Below, piece by piece: positions 23,392 through 36,100 of a DNA stretch of 64,000 nt. Source of the stretch: Lama guanicoe. Its lineage: Eukaryota. A model generated the notes under the pieces. It searched no databases. It was not told the DNA's origin and saw nothing but the letters and a program-made list of their open reading frames with translations. Each line of letters begins with the position of its first letter. Position 1 is the stretch's first letter. The DNA lies in assembly GCA_013239625.1 (NCBI GenBank), contig MU054132.1, positions 868,001 through 932,000 of the forward strand, written 5' to 3'. Made by a program: the position numbers and the translations under genes.

Positions 23392-24849
23392 CTACAAGCA
23401 AAGGAATAAAAATAAGTAGTATAATGTGGGGGAAAAGTAAAAGCTATTATAAAGGTGTGAGAATGTCAGGAATACAACATACAGTAACATATACAAATTT
23501 TACAACCATGAGGATGACATAAAATAACACATACTTTATGATTCCATTAATTGAAAATTCAAAAACAGGTTAAAGTAATCTGTGGTGTCAGAAATCAGGA
23601 CACTGGATAACCAGGAAAGGGGTAGGTTCAATGGTGGCTTGGGGTGCTGGTAATGATCTGTTTCTTGATGCTGGGGCTGCTTATGTGAATGTGTTTAATT
23701 TTTTTATACATAAACAAGATTTTATCAGTGAAGTAAAAAAAAGTAGTGAAAGACAGTACACTCCTGAGAATTTTGAGTGGGCCAATCCAAGAGAGGAAAA
23801 ATAGCCTAATGCATTTCATTTGTGAAAATGCACTGAGGGTTTCATTTTTCTGTATGTATAAAAATTAAAACTTCAAAAAAACGTTTTAAGTAGAAAAGGC
23901 CAAAAAAATGTATTATTTAATATATTTAACGAGCATTTATTCTGAGTCAACTATTAGAGAAATGGTGCAGAGCTAGATATTCAATGACCCTTAGTAGTAT
24001 CACATTCTGGCTGGAGAGACACAAACCAACAAGTCCATCACGTAAGTGCACAGATGAGATGCTGTAGGAAGCAGAGGGTATGGGCTTCTCAGTCAGGGAA
24101 GGTTAATATCTGCATGAGAGTTTTCTAGACAGACATGGTTGTGTCGGGGTGGGGAAGAGGCAGTATAGAGATGGACATTTCACAGAAAGGAGACAAAAAG
24201 ACTCAAGGGGAAGGGGACCCTAATCAGATCTTCTTGCTTCCAGAATTATGGCTGAAGAGGAGCTCCAAGGAACATGATATTTTGGGACACCATGAATCTC
24301 ATATAAGGTTGAAGAGTTTTTAAAGATCACTACCTTCCCCCAAATATGCAAAGCTTACAGTACCAGAAGTGGGACCAGAGTGCAGAAGCAGTGGGGTCAG
24401 TATCTGGTATTTGGGAATATGGAGGGGGGCAAGGTCACCTAGACATATTTGCTTAAACATCAGGACTCTGAGCCCATGGACTAGCCAGATCCTGAGCAGG
24501 AAAGGAAGTCCAGGATTCCTTCACAGAGCCAGTCACAGCGATGGCCAACATGATCTCAAACTACTGGCAAACCCTGGCTACCTAAAGAAAAACCCCCTAC
24601 ACACAGTTTTTTCAATTGCAATTTTAGCCAAGATGTCCAAGTAATGAGTTCACAAAGAATATCAAGGAAGGAAGTCATTAATGCTGAACAGAAACAGTGA
24701 TCAACAGACTCAGAATTCAAAAACTGCCAAAGAAAGATCTGTCAGATTCTGAACCTAGCCTAGCCATGAATGCAGTATATAGAAAATCATAAAGAGCTTC
24801 AATCGACAAGACAGTATTAGAGATGGTAAGATACTGGAAAACACACACA

Positions 24850-27800
24850 CACACAAAACATAAAAAAATTCCTAGAAATGAAGTCAGGGTAAACAGATTA
24901 AACCAAGTGAAGAGAGAAATACAAAACAGTAAAACATATCTAAAGAAATGATCTATATATAGAATAGGAAAATGGGGAATATGGAAACATGGAAAAAGAT
25001 ACGCCAGGCAAGAGAATCCAAGGAATGGTGGTAACCTTTCTGTGGTACTGTTAAGTCAATACAGGCATTAATAGAGTATTATGAAAAACAGACAGTAACA
25101 ACCTAGAGAAGAAAAAGGTTTAACTCACTAGAAAACTGTTAATTTTTTATACTTCCAGGAACCTAATAAAAGAGTGTCAAACTATATAAAGCAAAAACTG
25201 ACAGAGGGGTAAGGAGAAAATGAAAATGTACAAAACAGTGGGGAACTTGAACATACTTGTCTCAATTAAGACATACAGTGAACAGTTCTAAAGTATACAT
25301 GTAGAATTCTACATCCACCAGTTAAAGAATATATATATATATATGTGTGTGTGCATATATATCTATACTTCAAACTTACATGGAACATTTAAAAAGCACT
25401 CATTACAAATAAAGTAATAAGCTAGTTTTCACAAAATTCAAAAAGTCAGTGACATACAGACCAAGTTCTCAACACAATGCAATGAAATTAGAAGTTTAAA
25501 ATATAAATTTCTCAGTGGATGGAAATGTAATTTTGAAAATAAGTAAAATAAACACTTAGAGGGAAATATAAAGCCTTCTTACACTTACCTTCGAAAAGAA
25601 ATAAGGGTTCAAAGTTTATAAGTTGTATGTAAGTTCTGTTTTATAAGAAAGCAGAAAAGAAAAACAACACAGGAGGGTAGGGAGAAAAAATAGTAAGGAG
25701 AAAAAAAATCAGAAGCAATAAAAAAAAAACAAACCCCAAACACAAAACAGAGTTTAAAAATATACAATAGAGACACTCAATATATCTCTTCTGTGACAGA
25801 TCAAGAAAGGAGAGGGAAGGCACAAATTAGTATTAGGAAAGGAAGAAAGACCATAACTATTGTAAAGCAAAAGTGAAAAAGGAAGTGATGGCAACTTACT
25901 GAAAAAGAGAAAATATGTGCAAACATGACTGATAAGGGGTTAATATCCAAAATATATAAATAACTCAATACCAAAAAAACAGACAATCCAATTAAAAAAC
26001 AGGCAGAAGACCTAAATAGACATTGTTGAAAGACATACTGATGGCCAAAAGGTACATGAAAAGATGTTCAACATCCCTAATTAACGGAGAAATGCAAATC
26101 AAAACCACAATGAGATATCACTTCACACCTGTCAGAATGGCTATCATCAAAAAGACCAAAATAACAAGTGCTGGTGAGAATGTGGAGAAAAGGAAACCCT
26201 AGTGCACTGCTGGTGGGAATGTAAATCAGTGCAGCTGCTATGAAAATGGAGGCACCTCAAAAAAACTAAAAATAGAACCACCAAATGATCTAGCAATTCC
26301 ACTCCTGGGTATGTATCTGAAGATATGAAAACACTAATTTGAAAGATACAAGCACCCCAATGTTCACAGCAGCATTATTTACAATAGCCAAGACATGGAT
26401 CCAACCTAAGTGTCCATCAATAGAAATGGATAAAGAAGATGTGGTGCGCACAAACACACACACAATGGAATATTACTCAACCACAAAAAGTGAAACTTTG
26501 CCATTTGCAACAACACAGATGGACCTGGAGGATATTATGCTTTATGAAATAAACCAAACACTGTGTTATTATTGAATAGAAGAAGAGGGAATACCTCCTA
26601 ACTCATTCAGAGGCCAGCATAATCTTGATTCACAAATCAGACATGGACAACAGATAACAAAAAGGAGGCCATAGGCTAAATCTTATTCATAATCACAAAA
26701 GAAACACTCCTAAGCAAAATATATGAAAACAGAAAACAGTAGCATATAAAAAAGGCAATATATTATGGCAAAGTAATATGACAGTAACAGAAAGGTGATT
26801 TAACATTAGTTAAGCCCACAAACTTATTAGCTCATATGCACAAAAACTGATAAAACTCAGTATCTTTCATGATAAGCTCCTGGAAAACCAGAACTAAAAG
26901 AAAAAGCTGGAGTCCCCGAAAGACTTACCAATGATCTTAAAATAAATGTCATTCTTCATGGAGAGATGCCTATAGTATTCCCTTTAAAATTGAGACTAAG
27001 AATGGATAACAGTATTACTACTTTCCTTCAATACTACCATAGAGGCCATAGCCTAGGTAGTCAACTAAGAAAAAGAAATAAAAGAGGACTAGAAAGGAAA
27101 CACGGACGATCTGCAGAGAATAAAACTGTGCACCTAAAAGAATCTAGAGAAAAGTTACTTAATGACAGAGTTTAGTAAGGTGGTTAGCTATAAAATTAAC
27201 ACACAAAATCAACTGTATTTCCATATACTAACAAAATCAACCCTAGATAAAGACATATGAAAAAATAAAACTTGAATGACTTCTAATCACAACACAAAAA
27301 ATGCCAACCATTTAAAAAAAAAAGACAAAAAACTCTATTAAAATCGAAGACTTCTTTTCATTAAAAGATGCCAAAAAGAACAAGTAGCAAAATAAGGGAA
27401 AACACATGCAGCACAGTAACTAGATTAGTACATCAGATTTATAAAGAAAAACATTACAGCAAAGTGAGAAAAGATAGGAATAGTTGTTTTATAGAATGAT
27501 GTATGATCAATAAATTTAAGGTACTCAAATTAGTTACCAGAAATGTAATTTAAAACCACAAGGGTATGTCATTTTTACACATGCTACATCAGGCTTAACA
27601 CTTAGGAAGTGTTGGATCAAGTATTACTGGTCAAATTTGGGGGAAAAACTTGGAATTTCCTAGAACAGTGCTACTCATAGGAACAGTCTACAACAAAATA
27701 AGGAATTAAGCAAGAATATTCAAGGTTTGATGTTCAGAAATGTTCAATGCTCTTTCTCCTTTCCTTTATTAAGAAATCCACCTTAGGGAAAAAATGACAA

Positions 27801-28240
27801 ATAAATTGAGCTTAGTGATACAAACTCCTTAACTTGAGGTGGCAAATGGTCTACCAACCACACTTCTGTAGCACTGCATCTAAGCAAAACCCTATATGCA
27901 TACACTGTGAGGCATGTACAAGATTGTATATGAATGTCTGAAAGAGAAAAACAGGAAACAATTCACACTGCCCATCCAATAATAAGAGAAGGGATAATTA
28001 AACTGAGTTATAATCACAAAATATAATACTTCACAGTGGTGGAAATAAATTAACTATGGTTACCTAGATAATGTAACTATGTCAATAAATACTGAAAACC
28101 TAATATTGAGTCTTAAAAAAGTCTTATAAGTGTAAATGTATCATGTTTTCTAAAGCTTAAAAACAAAATTACATCCAACATATATTAAGTACATCTTTGT
28201 GATTTAAAAAATTGTTTAAAAAGTAGTTGAACAATATTCA
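24850..28240 (+). mobile_element. Old fragmented L1 (ORF2 and 3' remnants)
   Basis: A-rich decayed ORF2-like tracts, e.g. taactcattcagaggccagcataatcttgat, gttagctataaaattaacacacaaaatcaactgtatttcca. Confidence 0.6.
25862..26570 (+). mobile_element. Younger L1 ORF2 3' fragment nested in the older L1
   Basis: ORF 26339..26575 ([22 protein letters not shown]) is the L1 ORF2p C-terminus. Confidence 0.85.
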
Positions 28241-28255
28241 AAATTTAGGATTCTT

Positions 28256-28391
28256 CTTTGTGTTGTTTTGTTTTTTTGGGGGGGAGAATTAGGTTCATTC
28301 ATTCATTCATTAACAGAAGTACTAGAGATTGAACCCAGGACCTTGTGCATGGGCTAGGCAGGCACTCTACCACTGAGATATACCCTCACCC
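28256..28391 (-). mobile_element. tRNA-derived SINE, Vic-1-like
   Basis: A and B boxes on minus strand; 17-bp TSD caaaatt(t/a)aggattctt at 28239-28255 and 28392-28408. Confidence 0.88.
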
Positions 28392-29375
28392 CAAAATTAA
28401 GGATTCTTAATGCTGGGAGTGGGAAGGTGAGAAGATGAGGTAAATGAGAAACAGAGAAAGAAATTATTGGTAATGTTCTAATTCTTCCTTCAGATGAAAT
28501 ATGTAACATGCATTAAGACACATTAAAATATAACAATAAAATGATCCGAACAAATATCAAATGCAGATGGAGTTTTTTAAACCCCAAAACTTCACATTAC
28601 TCTTAAATAAATGTGTATCAGGCCACCTTTGCTGAGTTAGCTTAATTACATGAACAGATAATTATGTGGGAGAAATTCAGTATTTTTTTTGATAAAAACA
28701 ATCTGCTTTTGAAATAATTATCCACAATCTACAGCTCTGCATTCTAAAAAGATTACACACTCTGCTCTATTGTGAGGCAAGTCAAATTTGATACCAACTC
28801 TTTAATTAGCTATGAATCCAAGATGAACAGTTATATAATATTAATATCTATTCATATAATGATGGTGCAGTTAAAGACAGACCCTCTATAAGGGGGAAAA
28901 CCTGAAGATAAGTGCTTAGACTTTTCAGTAGATGTCTAATAAGAGTTTAATTATGAGTTGTGCATTTCTCAAGATGCTACTTGGAAGCCTGTAAAGTGGT
29001 TTCTATTCTATAAAACATTTTTTAAAGCTGCTATTAGACACCCTCTTAGGAAAAGAGAGGGGAGGAAAAACCAGCTTGTCTTTAGTCTGAATTCTGGTTA
29101 GAACTGTAAATCCCTAAGAAGTTGCAGCCACTGACAGATTCTTCACGTCATCTTGTTGGTGATGATAAACTAGAGGATTGAGACTCCTTCCCTACAAATG
29201 TATGGTCTGACCCTGTCTGCAGAGTTAATCAAAGAGGATACCAGAACGAGTAAAAAAAAATTCACAACTTCAAACAAGAAGGAACATAACTAGTGAGCCA
29301 TGTGCCAAAGACAAAAAGGAACAGGAAGTAAAAAAATCAACATAACAGTTTATAATTTGATCTTATGCTGTAGAA

Positions 29376-29703
29376 CAGGGGTTGGTAAACTGTAAAAGGT
29401 CAGATAGCAACTATTTTCAGCTTTGCAGGCCATACATCCTTAGTTGCAGCTATTCAACTCTGTCACAGTAGCATAAAATCGGCCACAAAAGTGCTTGAAA
29501 ATGAATGAATGTGGCTGTTCCAATAAAACTTTATGGACATTGAAATTTTAAAATCATACAATTTTTACATATCACAAAATATTATTCTTTCGGTTTTATC
29601 TAACCATTTAAAATTGTAAAAAACCATTCTTATACACTGTGGGCTAAAGAAACATAGGTGGAAACCTGGATTTGGCCCAAGAACCAAAATTTGCTAGCCC
29701 CTG
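29376..29703. mobile_element. hAT-Charlie MITE (MER58B-like)
   Basis: TIRs cagggg...cccctg; 8-bp TSD ctgtagaa / ctctagaa; gtggctgttccaataaaactttatggaca. Confidence 0.85.
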
Positions 29704-29714
29704 CTCTAGAAAAA

Positions 29715-29910
29715 GAGGTTGAGTTCTGGATCCAGACTGTCTAAGTTCGAATCTTGTCCCCAGGATTTACTGGCTCAAGTAACTTTGGGCAAGCTACTTA
29801 GCTGACAGGGGCCTCAGTTTGCTTATCTGCAAAGGGAGAATAATAATATTACCTTCTTCATAAGGGTAGTGCTGAGGATTCAATTAATTATTTCATTTAA
29901 AATGCTAATA
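29715..29910 (+). mobile_element. MIR SINE
   Basis: Core actttgggcaagctactta...gcctcagtttgcttatctgcaaagggagaataataata. Confidence 0.75.
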
Positions 29911-30124
29911 AATAATCATCTGAAATTTTTACCACCTGGGCCTTTACAGAAAAAATTTGCTAAACTTTGTGATAGAAAATTCATACTAATATGATAGTCC
30001 TGTTTATGAATAAAGATACTCTGGAGATGTCCAACCCTCAAGGCCTCAAGTTTAATTTTGGGAATTGAGTGAGGGATACTGGAAAACAGGAGATGTGACT
30101 AGAACCCATGAAAATGCCTACCAT

Positions 30125-31600
30125 GGTGGTGAGATGTGAAGGTGACCTCATATGATCCCTGCCTGAAGGTTTTCATATCCTTGTATAAATCCCTTCCCTT
30201 GACTGTGAGGAGCATCTGTGATCTGTTCCTAACCATAACAGAATACGGCAAAGGTGAAGGGATGGTAGAAGACCCTGTGTTGTTACTGGACTCGCTCTAG
30301 AGCCTCTCCTTACCAGCTTGATGAGGTAAGCTGCCATGCTGCGGAAGCCTAAGTGGCAAAGAATCGTGAGTGGCCCTTGCTTGCTTCCAGCAAGCAATCA
30401 GGGCCTTCAGTTCTACAACTGGAATGACTTCTAAAGTAAATGAATTCTGAGAATAGGTGTAATTTGGAAGTGGATTCTTCAATGGTCAAGCCTCTAGATG
30501 ATGTGAAAAATCTTTTTTTTTTTTTAAATTTAAGTATAGTCAGTTTACAATGTTGTATCACTTTCTGGTATACAACATTAGTTCAGCCATACATATACAT
30601 ACATATATTCGTTTTCATATTCTTTTCCATGATAGGTTACTACAAGATACTGAATGTAGTTCCCTGTGCTATACAGTATAAATGTGTTTATCTATTTTAT
30701 ATGTAGTAGTTAGGATCTGCAAATCTCCAACTCCCAATTTATCCCTTCTCCCCTGGTAACCATAAGTTTATTTTCTATGTCTTGGAGTCTGTGTTTGTTT
30801 TGTACATAAGTTCATTTATCTTTTTTTAGATTCCACATATAAGTGATATCATATGGTATTTTTCTTCCTCTTTCTGGCTTACTTCACTTAGAATGACAAT
30901 CTCTAGGTCCATCCATGTTGGATCCAATGCAAATGGCATTGTTTTATTTTTTATGGCTGAGTAGTATTCCATTGTATAAATATACCACGGCTTCTTTATT
31001 TAGTTACCTGTTGATGGACATTTAGGTTGTTTCCATGTCTTGGCTACAGTATATAGTGCTGCTATGAATGCTGGGGTGGATGTTTCTTTTCGAATTAAAG
31101 TTTCCTCTGGATATATGCTCAGGAATGGGATTGCTGGATCATATGGTAAGTCTATTTTTAGTTTTTTGAGGCATCTCCATATTGTTTTTCTTTATGGCTA
31201 CACCAAACTGCATTCCCACCCACAGCGTAGGAGGGTTCCCTTTCCTCCACTGCCTGACCAGCATTTATCATTTGTGGACTTTTGAATGATGGCCATTCTG
31301 ACTGGTGTGAGGGAATATCTCATGTAGTTTTGATTTGTATTTCTCTGATAATTAGTGATTCTGAGCATTTTTTTCATGTGCCTAGTGGCCATTTGTACAT
31401 CTTCTCTGGAGAATTGCTTATTTGAAGCCTCCAGATGAGAATGCAGCCAAGCAACCTCCTTGATTGTTAGCCTTATGAAATCCTAAGCAGAACAAGTTAG
31501 GTTGTGCACAGACTTCTGACTCACAGAAACTATGAAACAATACATATATTTTGTTTTAAGCCACCATGTGGTAATTTGTTATGCAGCGAGAGATAACTAC
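30125..31600 (+). mobile_element. MaLR (MLT1) LTR interrupted by an L1
   Basis: gtataaatcccttcccttgactgtg...ggaagtggattctt resumes after the L1 as agcctccagatgagaatgcagcc...gtaatttgttatgcagcgagagataact. Confidence 0.75.
30513..31424 (-). mobile_element. 5'-truncated L1 (ORF2 C-terminus, 3' UTR, poly-A)
   Basis: Poly-T then aagtatagtcagtttacaatgttg; ORF 31198..31392 resembles ORF2p (RHMKK...[12 protein letters not shown]). Confidence 0.9.
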
Positions 31601-32538
31601 TATATCTACTAAATTTCTGAATGAACCTCAACCAAGGGTAAGAAGCAAATTAGCTAGCATCCATGATAAGACTATCTTCAGAGACTAAAAATAGGAAATG
31701 GCATTGCCAGTCAGGTTCCTCTGTCTCTTGCTCCATCTCCTACAGATTCAGTATTGATAACCTCAAATCACTTCTGGGCCTCTTCCCCATTTTCCCCATC
31801 CCATCAAACCTACTTAAGTTCTAAAGATATGTGTCTCTTTTACCTTTCTCAGAAAGCTGAGCTAAGCTCCTGTTTCTTCTCATATATCAGTCTAGAGCTA
31901 TTTCCTTCCCGTCACCACCCCTCTCTCCTAGCTTTTGCAATAAAGGGCTTTTTAGTCTAGTAATAATATGGTTAGCAAAACCAGAATGAGGAGAAAATAA
32001 ATAAAACCATTTCCTAAAGAGTTTAGGGAGCTGGGAAAGTTAGCTTTGAGGAGAGACTTAAATGCTTACAAAATACCAGCCTTTTAAAAGTATGTTATGA
32101 GTAAGTAATGACGCCCCCTGGAACAGAACTATGATTATTTGGTGGGAACAGTCTCCATTTCCTACATATCATCTGTAAACTGCCAGCCGTTATTTTCTAC
32201 AACAGAACCATGTTATTCCTGCTCTCTGGTGATTTCTCAATGACTACAAGGTAAAAGTTCTTCAAAATTCAGCCCCACACCTATACAACTGCACCTGGCC
32301 ACAGTTCCCACTCCCCACAGACTGCTCGGTATTATTTTCAGAATATGCCACCTATGTTCTTTCCTTTTTCCTTTTTCATTATTGTTTAAAAGGTCACCTT
32401 TGTGAAGTCTTCCCTAACTGACTCAAGCATAAATAACTGTTTCTTCCACATGTCTCCACCTATAGCTCTATTTCTTTTTTATAATAATATGCCCCCCATC
32501 AAATGAATATTCATCAAGGACAGGATGTTTGTTTAATT

Positions 32539-32848
32539 CAGTGACTCACAAAGTGTGGTCTAGGTACCCTGGAGGTTCCCAGGGTCAAAACTATTCTCAT
32601 AGCAACACAAAGATGTTACTTGCCTTTTCACTCTCATTTCGCACTAGTGTGGAGCGTGGCTTTCCAGAGGCTGCATAAAGTCAGCTATAGAAAAGTGGAC
32701 TTATGTATTACTGTGTTTTAGAAGTTTCCCAGCTTCAATTTCTAATACAGTAAATATCAATAGATATAATCCAAACAGATAAGCATTTTGGATTCTTCAT
32801 ATTTTTAAAGAGTGAAAGAAATCCTATGACCAAAAATTTTAGAACCGT
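32539..32848. mobile_element. hAT-Charlie1-like non-autonomous element
   Basis: cagtgactcacaaagtgtggtc...ggtcaaaactattctcata...ttgccttttcactctcatt; ends gaccaaaaattttagaaccgtg. Confidence 0.7.
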
Positions 32849-33127
32849 GAGTCCAAAAATTTTTGTCTTCTCAGGGAAGAATAGAATGAGGCCCATGGTA
32901 GGAATTCATCAGCACTTCTGGAGACTAATCATCTCATTCCCTGAATGGCAATATACAGTCCAACCAAGCTCTGAGCCTTATATCACACTCCCTGTACCTA
33001 GCTCCAACCTACCTCCATAGGCTGCTCTCTTTTCCCGTCCTTACTTGAACTTTGTTTTATGAGCAACCTGGTTTACTTCCCTTCTTTGAACAACCTTCCA
33101 TTTCCATCTCTGTGCCTTTGCTCACAT

Positions 33128-33175
33128 TGTTCTATAGGGTTGAATACTGTATGTTCTATAGGGTTGAATACTGTA
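33128..33175 (+). repeat. Perfect 24-bp tandem duplication tgttctatagggttgaatactgta x2
   Basis: Units at 33128-33151 and 33152-33175. Confidence 0.95.
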
Positions 33176-36100
33176 CTTGCTCCAAACTGGCTCAGTGACA
33201 TTCTAAACCTCTTTTTCAACATTCAGCTCAAATCCTACTTTCTTTGTGAAGCCCTCTTCAGCCTAAAATCACATATCCCATCGGGTTCATTCTTACAGCA
33301 CTTCCTATGTACGGTGCTCCTTGGACAATTAATATACTTCATTGTATTGCCAATCCTCCAATACTGAATTATTTTTCCATGTATATGGAGCTAGTAAGCC
33401 CTAAACTCTTTAGGAAGTGGTTTTATTTATCTTCTCCTCATTCTGGCTTTGCTAACCATATTATTACTAGACTAAAAAGCCTTTACTAGACTAAAACAGT
33501 CCCAATTATCAAAGGGTATTACCTGTGTCATCTTACAACTGCACACAGCAAGAGAGCTATATCAAGTAACTGCAATACCTGATTTGACTTAACAGTCCCT
33601 AAAAGCCAGACAATTGTATTATATAAGGGAATCCAATTTCTTCCCCAAAATTCACATCCTACCATCTAGTAAATATTAGCCAGTAGGCAAGTCCCTTAAA
33701 TCCTAGCTAGTCCTTGGAGGTTAAATGTCCCATTATGAGCTGCTCAGAGGTTTGAATCTGTATTTCAATGCCTCTTGAAATAGATCTGAAAGAGCCCTTC
33801 AAATGTAACACTGACAAAAAGAGAAGCACACTCCACATGACACGGTCTAAAGATCAAACAATGATCCACTGTTTCGTTAGGTTCACTAGCCTTGCATATT
33901 TTCACACATTGGTGTTTTATAAGTATCTGATTTAAAAAATGTTATGGGAATCCTCAGTGTGAGAAGAATGAGGCTATATATATGCTATGAATAGTATCTG
34001 AGGCAAGAACTGCAACAGTTATTTCTGGGCTTTATGTTTCCAGAAAGTGACCTTTTCAGTACTATTATTGTCAGGATGCTCTTCTTAATCTCCTGATGGA
34101 CTAGAGACTAGATCTTAACCTTCCTGAGAACTCAGAATGATGAGCTGGGTTCTTCTACACAGAGCTGTGACAAACGGCTCAAGACGCACTCCTTAGACTC
34201 CTGCATTCCACAAGAAGTTAAGGAGCTCAGTGGACAATCCACTCATTGACATAAAAAAGATTTTTTTCTAAACATTCTGTTTGTGATTCAATTTCCCTAA
34301 AAGCATGGTTAATTATAAGCAAAAAGCATCAGTGAACTCAACCTCTCAAACTTCTCTAAACCAGAATTAAGATACAGACAGTAAATCTATTCAGTAGCAA
34401 AATAAAAACACAAACAAAACCCCAGTGCTTGAGGTCAGGAAATACAAGTGGAGGGTATAATAATAAGTCTTTGATAGACTCTTGACTGGCCCTTGAATAT
34501 ACATGCATATTTCAGCTCTCTGGGGGGAAGGGCTGATGACCTAGAAGGTGCTAAGTTACTGTATTATGACATTTACGTAGCAGAATGTCTTTATTCTTAG
34601 GAGATGCACACTGAATTATTTAGGGGGTGCAAAGAATCATGATGTCTACAACTTACTTTGAACTAATTCACCAAAAATAATAAAATAAAAACTTAAAAAA
34701 AATTCCTAGATAGATAAAAATGACAAAAAGGAACCTAACTGGCAGGCATATGAGATTTCACTGTGATATCCTATCAACAGTTCAGTATGTTTGGCTACAA
34801 GTAAACAGGTTATCAGAAAGACTATTTTGTTTCATCTCCAGGTCAAGTGAAAAAAATTTTAATGAAGCTCCTTAAAAGCCTTAGTGATAAAGTGAAAAAA
34901 AACTTTAATATTCAAACATATTACGTAAGTTATCTGAAAAATAAATCAATTTACTAATTTCTAAATGAGGTCTATTCTCAACCTAATACTTAGAATAAAA
35001 CTTTAAAAAATATAGGTTAGACCCTGACACTCTTCTGCTTAAACCCCTCATTAGGCTCCACCTCAGAGTAAACACAAACTTTACAACAGCCCACAAGGCC
35101 CCTCATAATCTCCCTCAACCTCTTCTGCCCTGCAGTCCAGCTACTTGTTCATGATTCCCCTTGCTGTTCCTCAACTATGCCAGGCAGCTCCTGTCCAGGC
35201 ACCTGTAGACTGGCTGTCCCTAATGCCTGGAACCCTTTAACCTTAGATATCTACATGGCTCCCTTTCTTGCCTTCCACTTAAATCTTATAGTTCAACCGT
35301 ACTTTCTTGGAGAGACATTACCTGACCATTTAAAATTGTAATTCCTCACACTTCACTCTCATCCACAGATCCCTGCTCTATTTTACACCATACCAGCTAC
35401 TAGCCAACATATTTTTTCTACATATTTACATTTAATTCATACATCCTAAGTTTTACATATTAGACTCCTGTCCACCTCCCACCTCTAAAATATAAAGTCC
35501 ACAAGGGCAGCGATTCTGATCAGTTTCCTTCACCAGGATCCGAGTACCTCGAACACAATGAACTGTCATAATAACACAACCTTATTTAGTCTTATTTACA
35601 CTTATGTGTTAAAAGGAAAAACAAAAGCAATCTAACTTAAAACTGATTTCCCATCCAAGAATGCTTATATAGTTTATTCATACACTAAATCACACTGAAT
35701 TTTGCTGTGCATTTCTCAGCACTTAATCTTGTATAGATGAATCATCCACAGCCACTCCTCCCTGTGTATCTGCCTGTCTCCTTATGTAGACCCGAGGCTT
35801 TTGGGAAGGTCTAGGTCTTTTCGTATCACATTGGCCATAGAATATAAGGCAGTATGGTACAATGGAGCTAGTAAGCCCTTAATGATCCTTGTTCAATGAA
35901 TGAAAAATAAACAAGCATAGCTATGTATTTAACTCCTGGCACTGTGCTACAGCAAAAAGAGGTTGAGCTTTGGGGCCAGAGATTCTTACAAGTGTGCCAA
36001 TGTAACCTGCCAATACCTTAGTTTCCCTGCTTTATAAAAAAAAAAAAGAAAAAAAAGACGCCACTTCCTCCAAATGGCTGTCCTGAAAAGAACCTCAAAT

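Noticed and set aside
26339..26575. ORF resembling a real protein
   Set aside because: L1 ORF2p C-terminal remnant; same for 31198..31392. ORFs at 31040, 41151 and 53694 are antisense reads of L1.
33128..33175. CRISPR-like direct repeats
   Set aside because: Two abutting copies, no spacers, mammalian intron.
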